Shown: positions 36,301-50,429 of the stretch, piece after piece
Numbering within the stretch: position 1 is the stretch's first letter
Layout of the letters: each line of letters begins with the position of its first letter
NCBI GenBank assembly: GCA_951406725.2
Contig: OX597821.1
Location: forward strand, 53,878,001-53,942,000
Direction: 5' to 3'
DNA from: Octopus vulgaris
Taxonomy: Eukaryota
DNA: 64,000 nt
The notes under the pieces: model-generated
Told to the model about the DNA's origin: nothing
The model's input: only the letters and a program-made list of their open reading frames with translations
The model's database searches: none
Made by a program: the position numbers and the translations under genes

Positions 36301-36654
36301 GTCTCATAAACTACAACTCTGAAAGGGGTTGTCCAGTTGATTGGCAAATATTTCCTCAACCAACTAAGTGCTTCCACTCTCAACCATGTCTGCCTGTTTT
36401 TCTAAGAGTTTTTCTTTCATTGTGGCTACAATGCATACTGCCTGACTTGAGGCTGTTCAATGTACCAGACTTTACTACTCTCAACATCTTTATTGTATCT
36501 CACCCCAAAACACTGCTTAGTATTTTTTACATAATTATTCGCACACTACACCACACTGTATCTCATTCTTCCATCTCTCCAGGTTTCTTTTCACCTAAAT
36601 ATAGAGATTGCATGCAGGTGATAGCCATTGCACCCCTTTCTGCTGTCAAATAAT

Positions 36655-36716
<62 letters not shown>

Positions 36717-37411
36717 TACACACAAAGAGAGAGAGAGAGAGATAAAGAGACAGACTGACAGACGGAAAGGGAGAGTGGAAGAGAGAGAATAATTACATAT
36801 AAAGGTATGTTTCCTGGGGTAAATATCTCTGTCTTTAAGAACTAACTTTACAGGTTTCAAAATAAACGATTTCTTATCAATTGATACTAACAGTATGGCT
36901 TAAAGCTAAACATGTTGCATCATGTTGCAGATGCTTGATCGTTAAAAATGCATAATGCTTAGTTTTTCTGTTTGTTTAAAACCATGACTGCTTAGGTCAG
37001 GATAGAACACTACTTTGTATTAACATTTTTTTTAAAAAAGTAATTTCCATAATATTGCATATTATCAAGTATTACACATTTGTGACATGATCTCTTGCAT
37101 ATCCTGCAACAGATACATTATAACATGTAGTAGAATTGCAAGAAATATACAAAATAATATACAAAAGACTATAACTATTGCTGGTGCATTAAATAGTCAC
37201 AATGTTGGTAAATGATTTGCACTTGCTTAGATAACCAAAGCACCTGAAGTTTTACCTATATCAAGAAATGATTCTTTCAGCTTTAATTTCAAGCAATACA
37301 TGAAAAAAATCAAAAATTAGGGACACGAGAAATGTTTTGGAATAATAGTTCAGATACTTCACTTCTCATCTTGGTCCAGCTTGCTAAAATATTTTGAAAT
37401 TATTTATTCAC

Positions 37412-37561
37412 CTTTATATTCCCTATTGTAATCCTTGTTAACCATTTCTGTAGGCAATATGCATTTGAAAACAGAATAATCGATTGATTTTGATACAGTC
37501 CTGTTATTGGAAAGATACTTGTTTTCTTTCCACCAATCACAAAGCCAACATTTAAAGGGGA
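37412..37561 (-). CDS. Host gene coding exon (150 nt, phase 0-0): SPLNVGFVIGGKKTSIFPITGLYQNQSIILFSNAYCLQKWLTRITIGNIK
   Basis: TTATTTCCTAG| acceptor, AAG|GTGAAT donor, open frame, phase-compatible with 39209-39268. Confidence 0.7.
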
Positions 37562-39208
37562 CTAGGAAATAACTTATGTAAAGGGAAATCAATAATTAAA
37601 GTAGCTAAATAGTTACAGAATTGGAGAAAATGCCTTGTGGTTTGGTTCCAACGTTTTACACTATGAATTCAAATTCCATCAAAATCAACTTTGAGTTACT
37701 ATAAAGTACTAACTGCGGATGGTGGATTACAGTGTTTGATAAATTGCCTTGTGGCACTTATTTTTTCTTGCTCTGTAAGTGCTCAGGTAGGTGTGATAAA
37801 GTTGTATTTAGCTGACAAGATGGAGTCTTAAAATAAACTAACCAAAAAAGGTAATAAGAAACCCACTTTCATATATTTCCATGAAAATTCCCTAAACAAA
37901 TGCACAGAGTTTGTTATGGGAAGTTTTAGGGGATCATTTGATGGGAAGTTTTAGGGGTTCATTTGATGACATAAAAGCACAGAAAAGAAAATATTATGTA
38001 TATACTTTATAATATAACCAACTAACTTTTAGTAATTGATAAAATTGATAGTTAATGACTATGTAACTGAGGCAAAATGATCAGCACTAGCAAGATTTAA
38101 CCTTAGATTTTTAACATTTGATAAGGTTAACTCCATAGATTTTTCAAAAGAAATTATAGTCAGCACTGATTTGTTATGATATTTCGTATCCCAACATGTC
38201 TAATGTAGACAACAATATAATCAGTGCTGGCTACAACAATTTTTGTAGCAAAATATGTAGAAATAACCTTAGCATGTGATTTAATAGCTCTGCTAACACA
38301 GTAAGACACAGTGTTGACTTATAAAGCATTTAATTTACTTTGCAGTATATAATGGTTGCATAATAAAATATGGTGTCCCTACAAGTAATTAGATTTTTAA
38401 ATGATCAAATAAAATACAAGCAGCTTTCTCAACATTCCACCATTTCAAAAAATCTGCCAAATCTCAGTCAAAAAAGAGCCTGCATGTAGTCACTTGACTC
38501 ATTAAAATGTTCAATCAAATGGCTCTCTTAAGAAAAGTAAGATCAGCAGATTGGCACAGATATCAGAATGCCAGAGATTTCTTTTCGGTATTTTTCTGAT
38601 ATTGGCATTCTGAGTTCAAATCCTACAACAGTCAAGATTGCCTTTCATCCTTTTGACATCTACAAAACTTGCCAATCCAGGACTACTTTTCCTGACTAAC
38701 AAACAGTTAGACAGGATGCCACTTGATATTTGTTTCAGCTCTGCATTGAGAGTTTAAATTACACTATGGCATGTAATCTATCACTTGGTCTATTGCTACC
38801 ACATGGCATCTTGGATTCCAGCGGTGTAGAAGTTCATTCCAATGCAAGCATTTGGGCCAGGTCTCCAGTTTGAGGATATCCTTCATCCTGCTAGTTATAG
38901 AAACTCTCTGAAGGTCATGCACTACCTTCTCTCTCAATAGAAAGAGAATGAAATACACATTAGATGATGAAATTCTAGAGATGAGTCGGTGATAGCTGTG
39001 ACAAGAATATTTAGAATATCTCCTTGATCAAGATTAACATGAAATTCAACGAGACATTTGCACTGAAAGTATCAACCGTTTGCAAAATGACACCAGTTTA
39101 GAATTTGGATTAAATGATAATGTTTAATTACACATAATAAAGTCTTTAAACATCTTATTAGAGACAACACACAAAACTGTCTTCAAGTTTAAAACGAACT
39201 TTACGTAC

Positions 39209-39268
39209 TAGAATTCTTAGAGTATGGAAATCATTTGCTTTAGGAAAAGAGACATTATTTTGATATAC
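39209..39268 (-). CDS. Host gene coding exon (60 nt, phase 0-0): VYQNNVSFPKANDFHTLRIL
   Basis: TTAG| acceptor, CTA|GTACGT donor, open frame, phases match both neighbours. Confidence 0.55.
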
Positions 39269-39924
39269 CTAATTCAATTTAATGAATCAGAAATATAGAA
39301 AATTAGATATCTCCACAAATTATAATGACCTATGGCAAGACAAGTGGTGTATCTGAAATTCTAATGATCAAGTCTAAAACTCTGGTGATTTTTGATAATA
39401 TAATTCTTGTGTATTTGAAACATGCAAGTATGTTCTAAATTGATAACTATTAGTAAAATAGTTTTCACAAGTGATGCAACATAATTATGAATATTCAAAT
39501 GTTACTTCTTTGTAGTATAACGATATGCATTAAATGCTCACTCAGCATGTAAGACATAGTAACCAAACATGCCTTAAAACACATTCCTAGCATCTTGAAA
39601 AGAAATATTGCATTTGCTAGCATATTCCTAGAAGCATTGCATAAAATATAGCATAGCAACTGTTGCTGCTGAGATCAGGCTGTCCTGAATCAGAATTTAC
39701 CTGCAATCAGGGCTCCCTTGAATCAAAATTTACCTAGGGCAGATTATCAATAACAATGAAGGCAACAGCAACAAAATCAGCCTCAATAAAGTATTTTCAA
39801 CAGAATTAAACTTATTTCGCATTAGGATGAGAACAAAATACAAGTTCATATTCTGTAGATATCAGAATGGTTGTATATGATACATGTTTGCCTGCCTGCA
39901 TGTTGATGTGTATGATGGTAAGTA

Positions 39925-40027
<103 letters not shown>

Positions 40028-40144
40028 TTATATTTCGGAATGGATCATTTTGCCAGTTTAGCCAATAAAAACACACGCACTATATATTTGGTGTTATTTT
40101 GCTTCAGCGTTATTTATTTTTTACATTAATCTTAATCTTATTTC

Positions 40145-40189
40145 GGCCAGAGTTCTTTCGTCACACTCCTGTGACCGCATCAGTGGTCC
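40145..40189 (-). ncRNA. Hammerhead ribozyme-like motif (A9 to C variant)
   Basis: Minus strand GGACCA-CTGATGC-G-GTCAC-AGGAGT-GTGAC-GAAA-GAAC-TC-TGGCC: stems I and II pair; one core substitution. Confidence 0.6.
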
Positions 40190-40608
40190 TTTGCTTTCTT
40201 CTTTCTTATTTGTGTCGCTCCTTACTAACCGTCAGCCATTTTGTATTTCTATTGTATGTCTTCATTTGCGCATGCTTATATCTCTATGTGCGTCTATGTT
40301 TATTTAGTGTGTGTATGTGGGGGGATGCCTGTAATATTTGTATCTTCTGTTTATATACGTTCATGTAATTTGTATTTTGTTTTTGTTGTTGTTGTTTTTG
40401 TTTATTCTTATTTTGTTCATGTGTTTACATCCACTTATTATTATCATTACATATGCTTGTATGTATGTATGTATGTATGTATAACAACAATACTAGTAAT
40501 AATAATAATAAATCGAATCGAAAAGAAAAAAAAAAATATATATATAGTTATTTATTTCTATTTGTTTATTTATCTGTGTATTTATTATGTTTTCGGGATC
40601 CTCTATCG

Positions 40609-41343
40609 TCATATGTTGTGGTGTGTGCTAGTGCTCCATTCTAGTTTTCTATTCAGGCTAGGTTTATTTTCTATTATGTGTGTAGCTTCTGTAATTTGTC
40701 TGATTGTTGCATCTGTTCTATGTGTGGACAATATTTTAATTTCTATATTGTTGATTGATCCCCCGTGTTCCTGTTCGGCGTGTTGGTACAGAATCGATGA
40801 GCTTTTACCTTCCTTGAGTTGTCTCCAATGGTCATTTACCCACTCTCCTATGCTTCTTGCCGTTTCCCCTACGTATGTCGTTGTCTTGTTATTGCATTGT
40901 CCCTCTATACATCTTATACTATAGACTACATTTCTGACTTTACAGTTTGTTTGTGGGCTAAATCTACATACAGTACAGTATTTATCCGTACAGGGGGTTC
41001 TACTAAAAGGATAGCTTCTACCAATTATAGATTTGATAGGATTGCCTGGCTTTTCAACAACCTTAATTCTTAGCTTAATTTTGTCTAGGGTCCTTTTAAA
41101 GCGGTACGCCAGTTCACCTCCAGGGGTGGTGTCAACGAACATGACACTCTGGTATTTATGGCTATCATACCAAGAGTTGGCCTTCCCTATTTTCTTTTTT
41201 GTCCTTTCTATAGTGTTCCATGACTTGTTCCTATAGAGTGGGCAAATCCCATTCCTATCATTACATAATATATTATCAAATTTCTTCATGGCTCCTTTGT
41301 ATACTCTGATCCTTTCTTTATGGCTGTAGCCTGAGAACTGCAT
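40609..41343 (-). pseudogene. PLE RT C-terminus plus GIY-YIG endonuclease (244 aa open, 5'-truncated)
   Basis: SGY..PLYR..W, FVDTTPGGELA, IKVVEKPG, CxxxxCxxC, VVYSIRC..YVGETARS..H, RQITEA, PSLNRK. Confidence 0.9.
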
Positions 41344-41477
41344 GAGGTGAATGAAATATTGCAGACAATGCCAAATTCAATATTTTGATGACAGACCTCG
41401 TCAGAATAATGAGAAATGTGTCACGCATGTGCGAGCCTACAGAGTTAGAGAGACACATACAGACACACATTCTCAGT

Positions 41478-41501
41478 TTTATATATATATAGAGATATAC
41501 A

Positions 41502-41599
<98 letters not shown>

Positions 41600-41895
41600 A
41601 TATATACATATAATATATATACATACATATACATACACCCAGGTGGTGCTATTAAGTTAGACATAGCCTGGGCCAATACTGGCCAAAACCTTTCTAAGTT
41701 ATTCTAAGTTATACATATCCGTATATATAAATGTATATATAATATATATATATATCTACATATATGCATACATATATATATGTATATATGATATATATAC
41801 ACATACTTATATATGCATGTACATATACACACACATATATTTACATACATATGCACCTTACAACCCCCCTCTGCTCCACACACACACACACATCT
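41478..41895. repeat. (TA)n and TA/CA low-complexity tracts
   Basis: Read directly. Confidence 0.93.
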
Positions 41896-43759
41896 ATATA
41901 ATGCTCAGTAACTGGTAATTTAACTTTCATTTGAAATGTTACTCTGAAGTGAGTATTGAGACCCCCATGAGTAAGTATTCTGCTGATATTATTAAACTTG
42001 CTCGAAAATTATAACCTGAAGTTAACATATATGTGCGTGTTTTTATAATCCATGGATTAAGCAAGAATGAATTCAATGAAAGTGAAAAAATAATCTGACA
42101 ATAATTGATTACATTTCGTAGATATTTCAGTGAAGTATCATTACATAATATGAAACCATATCATAGAAATACATTGTAGGTGTCTAAACCTGTGTTTTCT
42201 TATATAATCATAGCATAGAGAATGATAAACAGCATCTTTAATACAGTTTGTGAAAGAATTCTTATATGTTGAAGCTACATCGTTATCAATTAATTGGTTT
42301 GTAAAGTAGAATATTGAAGTATAATATATATTGTGCACATTAAAAGTCATTTATTTATTTATAAAGAATTTAAATTTTGTAAAAGAGCATAAATACCCAG
42401 CATTTTGTATATCTAGTGTGATATTTGAAAAATATATTACAAACTGAGAATTAAATGCAATGTTTTATACTGTAATGGTTTCTTTTTGAAATGGCCAACA
42501 AAATCAACAAAAAAATGACTGACAAACCAACAGCAAAAACAGCAATAGTAGCAATGATGCAGCCAGCATCACTGCAATAACAATAACAGCTACAAAATTA
42601 ATATTTCTTATTTAGGCATATGGACAGCAATTTTAAGTGAGATGGTCAATGCCCTTGACATCAACACTTGACTGGTATGATATTGACCGAAGAGTGATGA
42701 AAGGCATTGTTGACACCTGTAGAATTTGAACTAAGAATGTAAAGAGCTTGGAAGGATACTTAAAAAAGTGTAAAGAAAACAAATATCACAATGGTGATGA
42801 TTGCTAAGCTGAAAACATTCTATTGTATACCACGATCTTGGATTTTGGAGACAGTGTTAGGGATTAAACGGAATCAATATTAACATGATACATCAGTCAG
42901 CTGAGCTATGTCAAAACAGATAATAGACATAGTACTACACTATAAAGAGAAAACTATGAAAACCAGCTCAACTTCCACAAGAGAAAGAATATTTCAGAGT
43001 GAATCCTTATATTTTCTGCTACACTGTTTAGCATTGACCTCAATTTTAAAATATATGTAGGCTGAAACACCTAATGGTTAATATGTACAGACTGTAAATC
43101 ACCTCCTCTGTATGGATGACTGGAAAATATGTACAAGTGATGACTACCAACTGGAAAAATCCTCGAATTTAGCAAAGATATACAAATGACTTTGCATCTA
43201 GTGCAGTATAGCAAATCTACAAAAGTAGCCATGTTAACTAAAACTATAAACATCAAATTAGTTCCAGAGACTGAAATAAGATTATCAGACCAGAACCACC
43301 AACACAAATATTTAGAAGCAAATAAAACTAATGAAACAGAACACTCAGAAAGCAGGAGAAAATTGAAAAAGTCGGCAACACACAATTCATACAGTAAAAT
43401 TCCTACACAACACAAGATCAAGACAATCACCACTAGACTCTATAATACAAAACACACAACACATATTTAACACAATCATTTAACATACACAACACATACT
43501 CTACACTTATGAACAATGCAAGTAACACAAAACATATTCTCAATTGTGTGACAATCAATCCCACACACTATCAACAACTTAACTTCTCATTGAATAATTC
43601 CACCCACAGAGCACATACATTACATAGCAAAAGAATGAAGCAATGCCAAGAGCACAAAAAAATGGCCCATGTGACAAAACAAGATGTACCATGCATACAA
43701 AGTTCTTCATCCCAAAAGGAATTTGTAATCACTTCAGTGACATAAGATACATCCCATGG

Positions 43760-44140
43760 TGCAATTGAAACTCTTGCAAACATTGCACCGAGAAAATCGC
43801 CCTCTTTCTAATGTACATGGGAAGAAGGGTGGTATGAATTACGATACCTGAAGTACCACCAGGCTTGGATTTATGGTGAATTCTTGCCTGTATTTGTATG
43901 GACAGCGGGCAGAATCTCCTGGCTGTTAAAAGATCAAGGAGGGAGAATTGAGCTGGACTACCTTGGAGGTTCTGCTCCACTTGAAGCCAAAGCAGTTAGA
44001 GTGAGCCCCAGAGTTGGTTTCTCTTTCGAATGGAGTAGAACTAAGGGTGAACAGGGAAGGCAGAAGGCCAAGGTACCGTGATTGTGGTTCAACAGGTCCC
44101 TTATGGTTTCACTACCCACAGAAACAGAACAGAAGGGCAG
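43760..44140 (+). pseudogene. Third, older ORF1 homologue of elements A and B
   Basis: ALFLMYMGRRVV*ITIPEVPPGLDLW and LRVNREGRRPRYRDCGSTG align to LLPLYLGCRTAKVTLEDIPRGYDVMW and IRVSVEGRRPRCFKCGQKG. Confidence 0.7.
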
Positions 44141-44154
44141 AAAAAAATGTCCAA

Positions 44155-44285
44155 ATGAATTATTCAAACCCCAAAGAATCCCTCTCAACATATAGCTATG
44201 ATGCTCCCCCACTACTTCTGCTTGTGATCAGAGATGCACATATTGTCAGCTACTAAGGGACATGCTCAACTAGTTACGGTAAAAA
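44155..44285 (-). mobile_element. SINE-like family C fragment
   Basis: Reverse complement of about 19250-19370. Confidence 0.8.
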
Positions 44286-45519
44286 GTTATTATTATTATT
44301 ATTATTATTAAGATCATCATCAGCATCATCATCATCATTATTATTATGAGACAAAGATAGTAACTAATTAATACTTTAGTGTTTTTTTTATTTTTCAATC
44401 AATGTTTCATTTTCCTTTCAGTAAGATAATGAACAGATTGAAAATAATCTCAAACAAATAAATGTAAAAATAATTTCTCGAATGAATGTCACAGGAAAAA
44501 ATACCCAGTAGAAAACTGGGTTAATGTTTTAGATTTTTTTAGATTTTTTAAAATAAAAGACAAGAAAATATTATTGATTATACTGTTATTTTAAAAATGC
44601 ATTTTCTCTATTTTAATTTTTCATTTTTATTGTTTCAATTTCATAATTGAAACAATAACAAAGACCAACTTCCATAAATGATCCAACAGAAAAATTATGA
44701 TTCATCAATATTTCAAGTGTTACAGTTTCGATTGGAAAATAAGCATTTTCTTTACTTCTGCATTAGATTTAATTATTCAAAAAGTAACGAGTATAATTTG
44801 GTGCAAAACATACTAAAGTATCATATATAACTTTATATTTGCTAGTCTACAACCAGGTTCTGGATTCAAATCATACTTTTTGCTTTTTTCCTTCTCAGTG
44901 TGTATAAAGAAAGTACAAGTAAAATACTGATGTAAACTCAATCACAGGTGTCTCCTACACATTTAAGGTTGTTTACCTTTATTAGCAAACAGATTTGGGA
45001 TAGTCACTATAGTCACCTTGATGCAAAACTGAAACATACATGCATGTATATATACACATTGACATTTAAATAGTATGAGGATTTTATCATAAAGATTAGA
45101 ATAATTTTTGTATTAGTGAGCATTTTTCTAACAAACCAAGGGGAAAAGTAGTTAAGTCATAAAGCATAGTGTGTGTATCTTGTTACGAGCTAAATCTCAT
45201 TGAGACTAGGCTTCACATTTGATTATTCAAAAAACTGAAGTAGAGGCAGTATATAACAAAAATATTTGTAAATACATCGAAAAAATATTGTTTAAAGAGA
45301 TTGCAGAACAATTCTAAAATGTATTCATGTTGTTACAGTCAGTCCAGATTAAGCAGATATGACTAAAAGTTTCCCAAACATGAGCATCTCACCATTGTGA
45401 AGTTCAAGAGGCTCACTTGGCTATATGGTAAGTATGCAGAAGCATGGTAGTTAACTCCTTTCCCAAGCATGCAAATATCATTATAAAATGCTTTCCCTAT
45501 CCAGGAATTTTCTTATCTT

Positions 45520-46290
45520 TCATCATCATCATCATCATTATCGTTTAGCGTCCGCTTTCCATGCTGGCATGGGTCGGACGGTTCAACTGAGTTCTGGGAA
45601 GCCAGAAGGCTGCACCAGGCCCAGTCTGATCTGGCAATGTTTCTACGGCTGGATGCCCTTCCTAACGCCAACCACTCCATGAGTGTAGTGGGTGCTTTTT
45701 ACATGCCATCGGCACAGGTGCCAGACGAGGCTGGCAAACGGCCACGATCGGATGGTGCTTTTTACGTGCCACCGGCATGGAGGCCAGGCAAGGCTAGCAA
45801 TGGCCATGATTGGATAGTGCTTTTTACGTGCCACTGGTGCAGAGGCAGTCGGGGTGGCACTGGCAATGGCCACGTTCGGATGGTTCTCTTATGTGCCACC
45901 GGCACTGGTATCACAGTTACGATTTCCATTGATGTTGATCGATTTTGATTTTGATTTTGATTTTGTTTTTGTTTTTCACTTGCTTCAACAGGTCTTCACA
46001 AGTAGAGTTTTGTGTCCCAAGAAGGAAAGGTATGCATAAAGTGGACTGAGGCCATGGGTTATGGCCTCACTTGTCCTGCCGGGTCTTCTTATGCACAGCA
46101 TACTTCCAAAGGTCTCGGTCTCTAGTTATTTCCTCAGTGAGACCTAAAGTTCGAAGGTCGTGCTTCACCACCTCGTCCCAGGTTTTCCTGGGTCTACCTC
46201 TTCCACAGGTTCCTTCAACCGCTAGGGTGTGGCACTTTTTCACACAACTATCTTCATCCATTTTCGCCACATGACCATACCAGCACAAAC
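45520..46290 (-). mobile_element. RTE-clade LINE 3' end with (GAT)n tail and internally repeated 3' UTR
   Basis: WYGHVAKMDEDSCVKKC..GRGRPRKTWDEVVKHDL; about four GGTGCTTTTTACGTGCCACCGGCA-type repeats. Confidence 0.9.
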
Positions 46291-46879
46291 ATCTATGCTA
46301 TCCATATATCAGTAAAATAAGGTTCCAAGAGGTATGCATTAATGTTTGAATTTTGACAAATATTTTTTGCAAAAGTTCTCATTAGTTTCACCATTTCTAA
46401 TTAAGTTTTTATCTGAAAAATAAATAAGTTTAATCATATAGTTTCAAAAGAAGATATTGTTTAGTTGGATTTTTTTTAATGTTACGTAAGCTTACATTTT
46501 ATATCACAATAAAAATGATTATTTTACCTTACATTATTGGAAGGTTAATTTATTCGTTGAATAAATAGAAAAAGGAGATTTTTCATATTCAACCTTTGAA
46601 TTTCATTAAATTTCTGTCATATGCTTTGTGCTTGGATAACAATGAACAATATTTAAAATTATGCCATAAAACATATATTCTCTCAGGAAAGAATTACTAT
46701 CTTCAAGACAATATAGCCATTATTTAATACTGGAATGTGAATCACGTGTGATGCACAAGCATATGAGGCTTATGTTCTGATAATTACATGTGATGCATAG
46801 CACCAGCAAACAATTAAGAGAGCAATAACATGTAGGAAATAAGATTTCCAAAATGTTTTGGTTACAAACAAAAGAACAT

Positions 46880-47190
46880 CCACAAGTGAAAAGTTCATAG
46901 GCTGACCAAGATACTCCCATAGAATGAGACCAAATGAGATTTTTTTTTAACATAGTCCCTTTTGCGATCCACACACATTTTTCATTGGTGTGGCAGTGAT
47001 TGGATCTATTGGGGAAGAACTTTTATCCTCTTGATTAAAAAAAGTCATCAACAGCAGATATGACATCATCATCACTGCAACACTGGTCTCCAGCCAAGTG
47101 TTTTTTCATGTTAGGGAGCAGATGATAGTCAGGGGGTACCAAATCAGAAGAATATGGAGTGTTATCAGCCATTTCAAAGCCACAAAAGCA
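46880..47190 (-). mobile_element. Mariner 3' fragment (same family as 62808-63845)
   Basis: PDYHLLPNMKKHLAG; TIR remnant GAAAAGTTCATAGGCTGAC. Confidence 0.78.
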
Positions 47191-47562
47191 AGGATGCTAT
47201 GAAAAACCGTTGAATGAAAGGGAAGTTTCACTAATAGGTAAAAAAGAAAAACGAAAACGATAACAAAATACATGCTACCATACTCTCACAATATTAGACA
47301 CAAACCTCCTGCATTCATAACGTCTACATATGTACACACTCATACAAACATGTATATGTACATGCGCATACACACATGCAAACATATATGTGTATGTACG
47401 TACTTATACATACACATATATCCACACACACACATGCACAGCAGTTTTTCATAACATCTGTTGCCATTAATTAGCCAAAGAGAATGCATTGTAACACTTT
47501 GCTCCAACACTCGAAACTCCAAGTTCTATAATGACAACGTTTCACTGTTTATTCTAAATTAT

Positions 47563-47604
<42 letters not shown>

Positions 47605-47607
<3 letters not shown>

Positions 47608-47780
47608 AGCACCCACCACATTCTGTCAAGTGGTTGGCATTGGAAAGGGCACCCAGCTGTATAACCCATATCACAACAGATAATTTGGAGTTGACTAGCT
47701 CCCTGGCAGGCCAGCTCCTGTCAGATCATCCAACCCATGCACCTATAGAAAACAGACGTTGAATGATGATGATGATGATA
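47605..47780 (+). mobile_element. RTE 3'-tail fragment
   Basis: GGTTGGCATTGGAAAGGGCACCCAGCTGT..TCCAACCCATGC..(GAT)n. Confidence 0.75.
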
Positions 47781-47999
47781 TATATATATATATATTAGAG
47801 TAGATGAAACCTTTAGCGACTGAAGAAGGGGTTTGTTCTTTGTGTTAATTGTCCTGTACTCTATTTTTTTTTTGCTGTTTTTAAAAAAATGTCCAGTTCC
47901 TTTGGTTTGTGTCTATGTTTTTGTTTCTCATTGTGTTCGACGTCCTTTTGGTGTCCTGTACTCATATATCCGTGTATATGTACATGTAGAGGTAGGTAC

Positions 48000-48040
48000 G
48001 TATATATATGTTTATATATATGCATGTTTTATTTTATTTA

Positions 48041-48091
<51 letters not shown>

Positions 48092-48588
48092 GTATGTGTA
48101 TATGTATATATATATATGTATGTATATATATGCATATATATATGTATGTATATATATATATATGTATGTATATATATGCATATATATATGTATATATATA
48201 TATATATGTAAGTATATATGCATGTATATGTATGTATGTATGTATGTATATATATGTGTGTATGTGTGTGTGTGTGTATGTATGCATGTAAGTATAGTTT
48301 AAGACAATCAGTAAGTTGTCATAATAGGACTCAGAGTTTCAAATGATGGAGCTAAGAACTACGATGCATTCTCTTCGGCTATTAATGGCAATAAATACTA
48401 TATAAAAAAAATGTTGAATAAAAGGGTATGGAAAAATATAAAAGATAAAAATACGTGCAACATATTCTCACAATACATAGACATAAAACCTCCTGCATTT
48501 TATGTATATGTGTACTATACATATATGTATGTATATATGTGTATATATATATAATATATACATGCATATATATAAATATGTGTGTATG

Positions 48589-48620
<32 letters not shown>

Positions 48621-48670
48621 CGTATATATATGCATGTATATATGTATATACACATATATATATATTTATA
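48000..48670. repeat. TA/TG low-complexity tracts
   Basis: Read directly. Confidence 0.92.
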
Positions 48671-48691
48671 GTACTTTGTAAATACACTGAC

Positions 48692-48761
48692 TGTTTGAAG
48701 TTTTACCAAATGTTCTAGTGCCATTTCGTTTGATGAATCTTCAAAGTCACTGTCAAAATGT
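48692..48761 (-). CDS. Host gene coding exon (70 nt, phase 2-0): (R)HFDSDFEDSSNEMALEHLVKLQT
   Basis: TATTCATTTTGTAG| acceptor, ACA|GTCAGT donor; its first base completes AG|A (Arg) with exon 55533-55723. Confidence 0.68.
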
Positions 48762-48974
48762 CTACAAAATGAATATGTAACTCTAATTTGTTTAATGAGT
48801 TCTTCTTTCATTTACTGTTTTATGGTCTGCATATCAAAGTATCAACTAACTCCTATCCTTAATATTTCAGGTTTTGTGCATAAATTAAAAATATTCTTTT
48901 AAACCATTTTTTTAATAGATTCAATGCAGGATCACATAATTTCCAGAATTTGTAAATTCAAAATTTTCGAATCA

Positions 48975-49145
48975 CAGGTGCAGGAGTGGCTATGTGGTAA
49001 GTAGCTTGCTTACCAACAACATGCTTCCAGGTTCATTCCCACTGCGTGGCACCTTGGGCAACTGTCTTCTACTATAGCCTCGGGCCGACCAAAGCCTTGT
49101 GAGTGGACTTGGTAGACGGAAACTGAAATCCCGTTATATATATGC

Positions 49146-49181
<36 letters not shown>

Positions 49182-49398
49182 ATGTTTATGTGTTTGTGTT
49201 TGTCCCTCAACATCACTTGACAACCGATGGTGGTGTGCTTACATCCCTGTAACTTAGCAGTTCGGCAAAAGTGACTGATAGAATAAGTTCTAGACTTACA
49301 AAGAATAAGTCCTGGGGTCGGTTTGCTGAGACTAAAGGCGGTGCTCTGGCATGGCCACAGCCAAATGACTGAAACAAGTAAAAGAGTAAAAGAGTAAA
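48975..49398 (+). mobile_element. SINE family A, full length
   Basis: GGAGTGGCTATGTGGTAAG head to GTAAAAGAGTAAAAGAGTAAAA tail. Confidence 0.93.
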
Positions 49399-49529
49399 AT
49401 CAAAGTAATGTAGCCTGATCTCATTTAATTTCTCATTCTAGACAGTTTCAACAAACGAACCTCTTCCAAAATGGATGGAGAGAATGATTACTAGCACTCT
49501 GTCAGTTATGATGACAAAATTTCTAGTTG

Positions 49530-49815
49530 ATCTGATCAACAGAACAGTCTGCTTGTGAAATAAATGTGTAAGTGGCTGAACATTCCGCAGATGCACACAC
49601 CGTTAATGGAGTTCTCAAAGAGATTCAGCATGACACAGAATGTGACAAAGCTGGCTCTTTGATTTGAACAAGTACAGCAATCTTTTGCCAGCTGAGTAGG
49701 CTGGAGCATGATAGAATGAAGTGTCTTGCTCAAGGACACAGAACACTGCCAGGAATTCGTCTCATGGCATTACAATCATGGACCAAGTACCCTCACTACT
49801 AATCCATATGCCTTC
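49530..49815 (-). mobile_element. tRNA-derived SINE (family D-related)
   Basis: Minus strand GTGTCCTTGAGCAAGACACTT..GCTCCAGCCTACTCAGCTG central domain. Confidence 0.65.
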
Positions 49816-50064
49816 ACTCAGCACATAGCTTCCCGCTTTGCATCCACATCTTTACAAAACCATCACTTTTCCCTTCTCTATGTGGTTGTTGCTTTACTGA
49901 TGTTACTGATATTAATGATTAAGTTGTAGTTATTGTTACTACAGACAATGTTGTTGCTACTGTTGTGGTTGTATTTGTTGTTGTTGTTGTTGTTGCAGAT
50001 GATGATAATGATAATATAGCATTATTGTTGTGATTGTTATAGTTGTTGTTCTAGATGTCATTGA

Positions 50065-50097
<33 letters not shown>

Positions 50098-50169
50098 ATT
50101 TTTATTGTTAACATTGTTGTTGTTGCAGATATTCTTGATATTGTTACTCTTGTTGATAGTGTTACTACA

Positions 50170-50369
50170 TATATTATCTTTTATCTTTTACTTGTTTCAG
50201 TCATTAGACTGCGGTCATTCTGGGGCACTGAGAATAAATCTCAGTACATATTTTTTTAAAGTCTGGTACTTATTTTATTGGTCCCTTTAGCCAAACTGCT
50301 AAGTTACAGAGACATAAGCACACCAACACCAGTTGGCAAGTAGTGATGGGGGGCAAACACACACACGCT

Positions 50370-50429
<60 letters not shown>

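Noticed and set aside
37917-37968. Short tandem duplication TGGGAAGTTTTAGGGG.TCATTTGA, G-rich and telomere-like
   Set aside because: Only two units of an ordinary local duplication; not a TTAGGG array.
45680-45910. Regularly spaced repeats resembling a CRISPR array
   Set aside because: Eukaryotic context; degenerate repeats with related spacers inside an RTE 3' UTR, also seen at 56200-56420; no cas genes.
46300-46412. Strong minus-strand acceptor (TATTTATTTTTCAG) as an extra host exon
   Set aside because: The phase-0 frame stops after three codons and no donor gives a phase-compatible exon.
47800-47860. CTGAAGA motif (and CTGATGA at about 527-533 on the minus strand) as hammerheads
   Set aside because: No stem II closed by GAAA follows, so the core cannot be completed.
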